A stretch of DNA of 64,000 nt from Chiloscyllium plagiosum (Eukaryota), in the NCBI RefSeq assembly GCF_004010195.1, contig NC_057719.1, positions 93,263,946 through 93,327,945 of the forward strand, read 5' to 3'. The translations under genes were made by a program, and so were the position numbers. Below the pieces are notes generated by a model. The model made no database searches. It had not been told where the DNA came from and saw only the letters and a program-made list of their open reading frames with translations. This document shows, in pieces, positions 60,690 to 64,000 of the stretch (its first letter is position 1; each line of letters starts with the position of its first letter).

Positions 60690-63600
60690 CAGCAGATATG
60701 GGGATCATTGAACAATCTTCTGGAGAATGTGGGAATGGTATAAGGAGGACGGGCTGTATCTGAAGTAGAGCAGTACAAATACCCTCAGTGAGCTTCACTC
60801 GAAATCTTCGGGAGGGTTTAAACTCGTTCCACAGGGGATGGAAGCCAGAAGTACAGAGCAAAAGATGAGTTATCTGGTGGACAGGCAGATAGACCATGAA
60901 GAGAGTCTGTGACGAAGGTCAGAATGTTGTTCGGCCAAAATTAGGATACTGCGATGGTTTGTAATGTCTATTTTAACACAGGATGTGTTATGAATGAGGG
61001 TGATGAACGTAGAGCATGGATCAGTACTTGGTATTTGGTACTACAATGTTGTGACCTTAAGAGAGATGTGGGTTGCACAGGGGCAGGAATGTTTGTTGGA
61101 TGTTCTGGGGTTTACAAATTTCAAAAAAAAAATAGGGAAAGAGTTTAAAGAGGTGGGGGAGTTGCATTGCTAATCAGGGATAGTATCACCGTAGTAGAAA
61201 GGTGGTTCGTCAAGGAGGATTTGTCTACTAGTCACTATGAGTGGAAGTCAGAAAAAGGAAAGGAGCAGACACTTGGAGTTTTTATAGAACCCCATTAGCA
61301 GCAGAGATAAAGATGAGGATATATAGAGGCAGATTTTGGAAATGTGTGAAATAACAAGGTGTCGTGGGTGACACCAATTTCCCTAATATTTTTTCGAACC
61401 GCCATAGTGCTATTAATTATGATGGAGCAGATGTTGTCAGGTGTTTCCAGGAGGGATTTCTATTTCAATATGCAGAGAAGCCGACGCAAGGGGAGGCCAT
61501 ATTGGATTTAGTGTTTGGCAACGAACTGGATATCTTGGTGGGAGAGAATTTTAGTGATCGTGATCAAAACTCCCTGACTTTACTATAGTCATGGAGAGGG
61601 ATATAAGCAGATGCCATGGTGAAGAGGGGGAGAGGGCATAACAAGGCTATTAGGAAGTTAATGTGGAGCATAATTTGGGAATATATATTCTCAGCGAAAT
61701 GCACGAATGAAATGCACGTATCCAATAAGTGTGCATACCCAATGAACCCATTCCGTCAATTTCTCAACAATAAACACAAACAAGCAGGCAAAACTGGCCA
61801 GCTACCCTATCCACTCTCCTCTATATCAAAGACATTTCGTAAATGACTGCCGGACCATTCAGACCTCTTGGCATCATGGTGGTTCACAAACCCACCAACA
61901 CACTAAAACAGCAGCTAATGAACTTGAAAGATGCTATGCAGACCACATCAACACTAATATAATTTACAAACGACCGTGCAAGGACTGCAACAAACACTAA
62001 TTTGGACAAGCAGACAGAAAAGTAGCCGTCAGGGTACATAAACATCAACTAGCCAAAAAAACGAGATGACCCTCTCACACTCGTATCCTCACATATAGAT
62101 AGGAAGGAGACTACTTCGGCTGGGAGACAACATCCATTCTCGGACAAGGCAAACAGAGACTCGCGTGAGAATTCCTAGAAGCTGGCATTCCAACTGGAAA
62201 TCTATCAACAAACACATCGAGTTAGCCCCCATCTACCACCCCTGAGAAAAAGAACAGGAAAATGCATCAACACAGGAAATGGCATCACCAACCCAGAGAA
62301 ATCTAAGCATATAAACAGAAAGCAGGAATTAGCAGCAGTGCTTCGCCTGGAGGCCCAGTGAAAACCATACCTAGTCGGGTGACAAAACGTCTGGAACTGA
62401 ACCTTCCAGCTGAGCGAACAAACCGACATCTAGAACGAATGACATGTGGAGGTTGCTTTGGAAGCGCTTGTTACGAGTGCTGGATAAGTTTGTCTAACCA
62501 AGACAAGCAAGGGATGGTGGGCTGAAACAAGCTTCGATGACAAGAGACGTGGAATATCTCGACAAGTTTATTAAAGAAGCTCATTTAAGGCTGAGTAAGT
62601 AAGAATCAGACCGGACTGCAGAGGGTTACAAAGTAGCCAGGAAGGAACGGAATAATGAATTCACAAGAGGTAGAAGGGGGCATGGAAATGCCTTTGCAGG
62701 TCCGACTATGGAATATACCAAGGCATTCGAGGAAGAAGAGGATGGACAGAGTGATTGTCGAGTCAATCAGGGAGAGTGGAGGGAACCTGTGACTGCAGTC
62801 AGAGGTGGTAAGGGAGGCCCTAAATGAATACGTTGTTTCGGAATTCAGTTGTGTGAGGGAACCTGTCGTTTATGATGATAGAGTTAAATAGACTGATATG
62901 GTCCAACAAATATGTGTTAAGGAGGTGGATGTGCCGGAGAGTTTGGAAAACATGAGGATAGACAAATTTCCTGTGCAAGACGGGATGTACTCAAGGCTAC
63001 TAAGGAAAGCAAGACAAGTGATTGCTGCACCCTTGGCGATGACCTTTGTGCCCTCACTGTCCACTGGAGTAGTACCACATAATTGAAGGGTGGAGAAAGG
63101 TTATTCCCTTTCTCAACAAAATGAATAGTAGACCCGAGGTATTATAAACCAGTCAGTCTTATTTTGGTAGTGGGAAATTACCGCATAGGATCCTTAGAAA
63201 CAGGATTGATGATTATTTGGAAAACCATAAGATAAATAGAGATATTCAACATGTCTTTATGAGGGCAAGTCATGCCTCATAAGCCGGACTGTATTCTTTG
63301 AGGATTTGATGAAACACATTGATGAATGTCGAACATTGCCTCTGGTGTATATGGATTTTAGCGAGGCGTTTGTGAAGTTTCCCCATGGTAGGCTTATTCA
63401 GAAAGTAATAATTATGAGATACAGAGAACTTTTGCGGTCTGGATAGAGCATTTGCTGGCCCAGAGAAGACAATATTCAACCTGGAGCTTGGTGATTATTA
63501 AGTTCCACAGGCATGTGATCTGGGACGTCTACTCTGTGTGATTTTTAGAAATGACTTAGATGTGGAAGTGGAAGGGTAGATTAGTAAGTTTTCCAATGAC

Positions 63601-64000
63601 ACATAGGGTGGTGGAGTTCTGGATAGAGTGGTGAGATGATTGTGATTGGGCAATGACAGGACGCAGACCTGCGCTGAAAAGTGGCAGATCGAGGTCAAAA
63701 TGGAAAAAAAGTGAGAACAGATTATTTTTGGATGTTCAAAACTTAATACCGATTGCGGGGTTAAGGGCAGGATTCTTGCCAGAGGAGCAGAGGGATTTTG
63801 CATTCCACATCAATCGATCTCTCAAAGTTGCCTCACAAGTTGACAGAGTTGTAAGAAGGCATATGATATGCCGGCTTTCATTAGCAGGGGATTGAGTTTA
63901 AGAGCCATGAGCATGTGCTGCAGCTCTGTAAAGCCCTGCTTAAACATCACTTGGAATATTGTGTTCAATTCTGATTGCCACATTATAGGAAGTATGTTAA
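60690..64000 (+). mobile_element. CR1 (ORF1 end, APE, RT) split by a PLE
   Basis: VYFNTG, GGGVALLI, GDTNFP, ILDLV, KFPVQDG and QLCKALLKH motifs. Confidence 0.9.
61720..62434 (+). mobile_element. Poseidon-like PLE 3' part with decayed pLTR
   Basis: VVHKPTNTLKQQL, IYKRPCKDC..GQ, REFLEA, INKHI; TSD-like acgaatga(a/c)atg on both sides; decayed hammerhead at about 62357-62392. Confidence 0.85.

Overview
Vertebrate genomic DNA, very probably a cartilaginous fish (shark), inferred from HE1/V-SINE copies and dense shark-type CR1 LINEs. I find no intact cellular protein-coding gene; nearly all listed ORFs are fragments or antisense shadows of retroelements. Most of the window is nested, decayed mobile DNA: CR1 LINEs, SINEs, three kinds of Penelope-like elements (PLEs) with hammerhead-ribozyme cores, a solo LTR, RTE- and Vingi-like fragments, and a defective ERV1-class provirus (22109-28083, minus) whose NC-PR-RT region is replaced by about 1.1 kb of AT-rich, cellular-looking sequence. 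The most striking signal is in the non-repeat islands. About a dozen heavily decayed immunoglobulin V-set exons lie on the minus strand, several with leader exons and splice acceptors. Many end in a J-like (F-G-x-G-T-x-L-x-V) motif already joined to the V, and no constant-domain exon was recognised. These V calls are by-eye motif reconstructions across stops and frameshifts and need HMM confirmation; three similar-looking candidates turned out to be LINE sequence and were rejected. Repeat boundaries are approximate.
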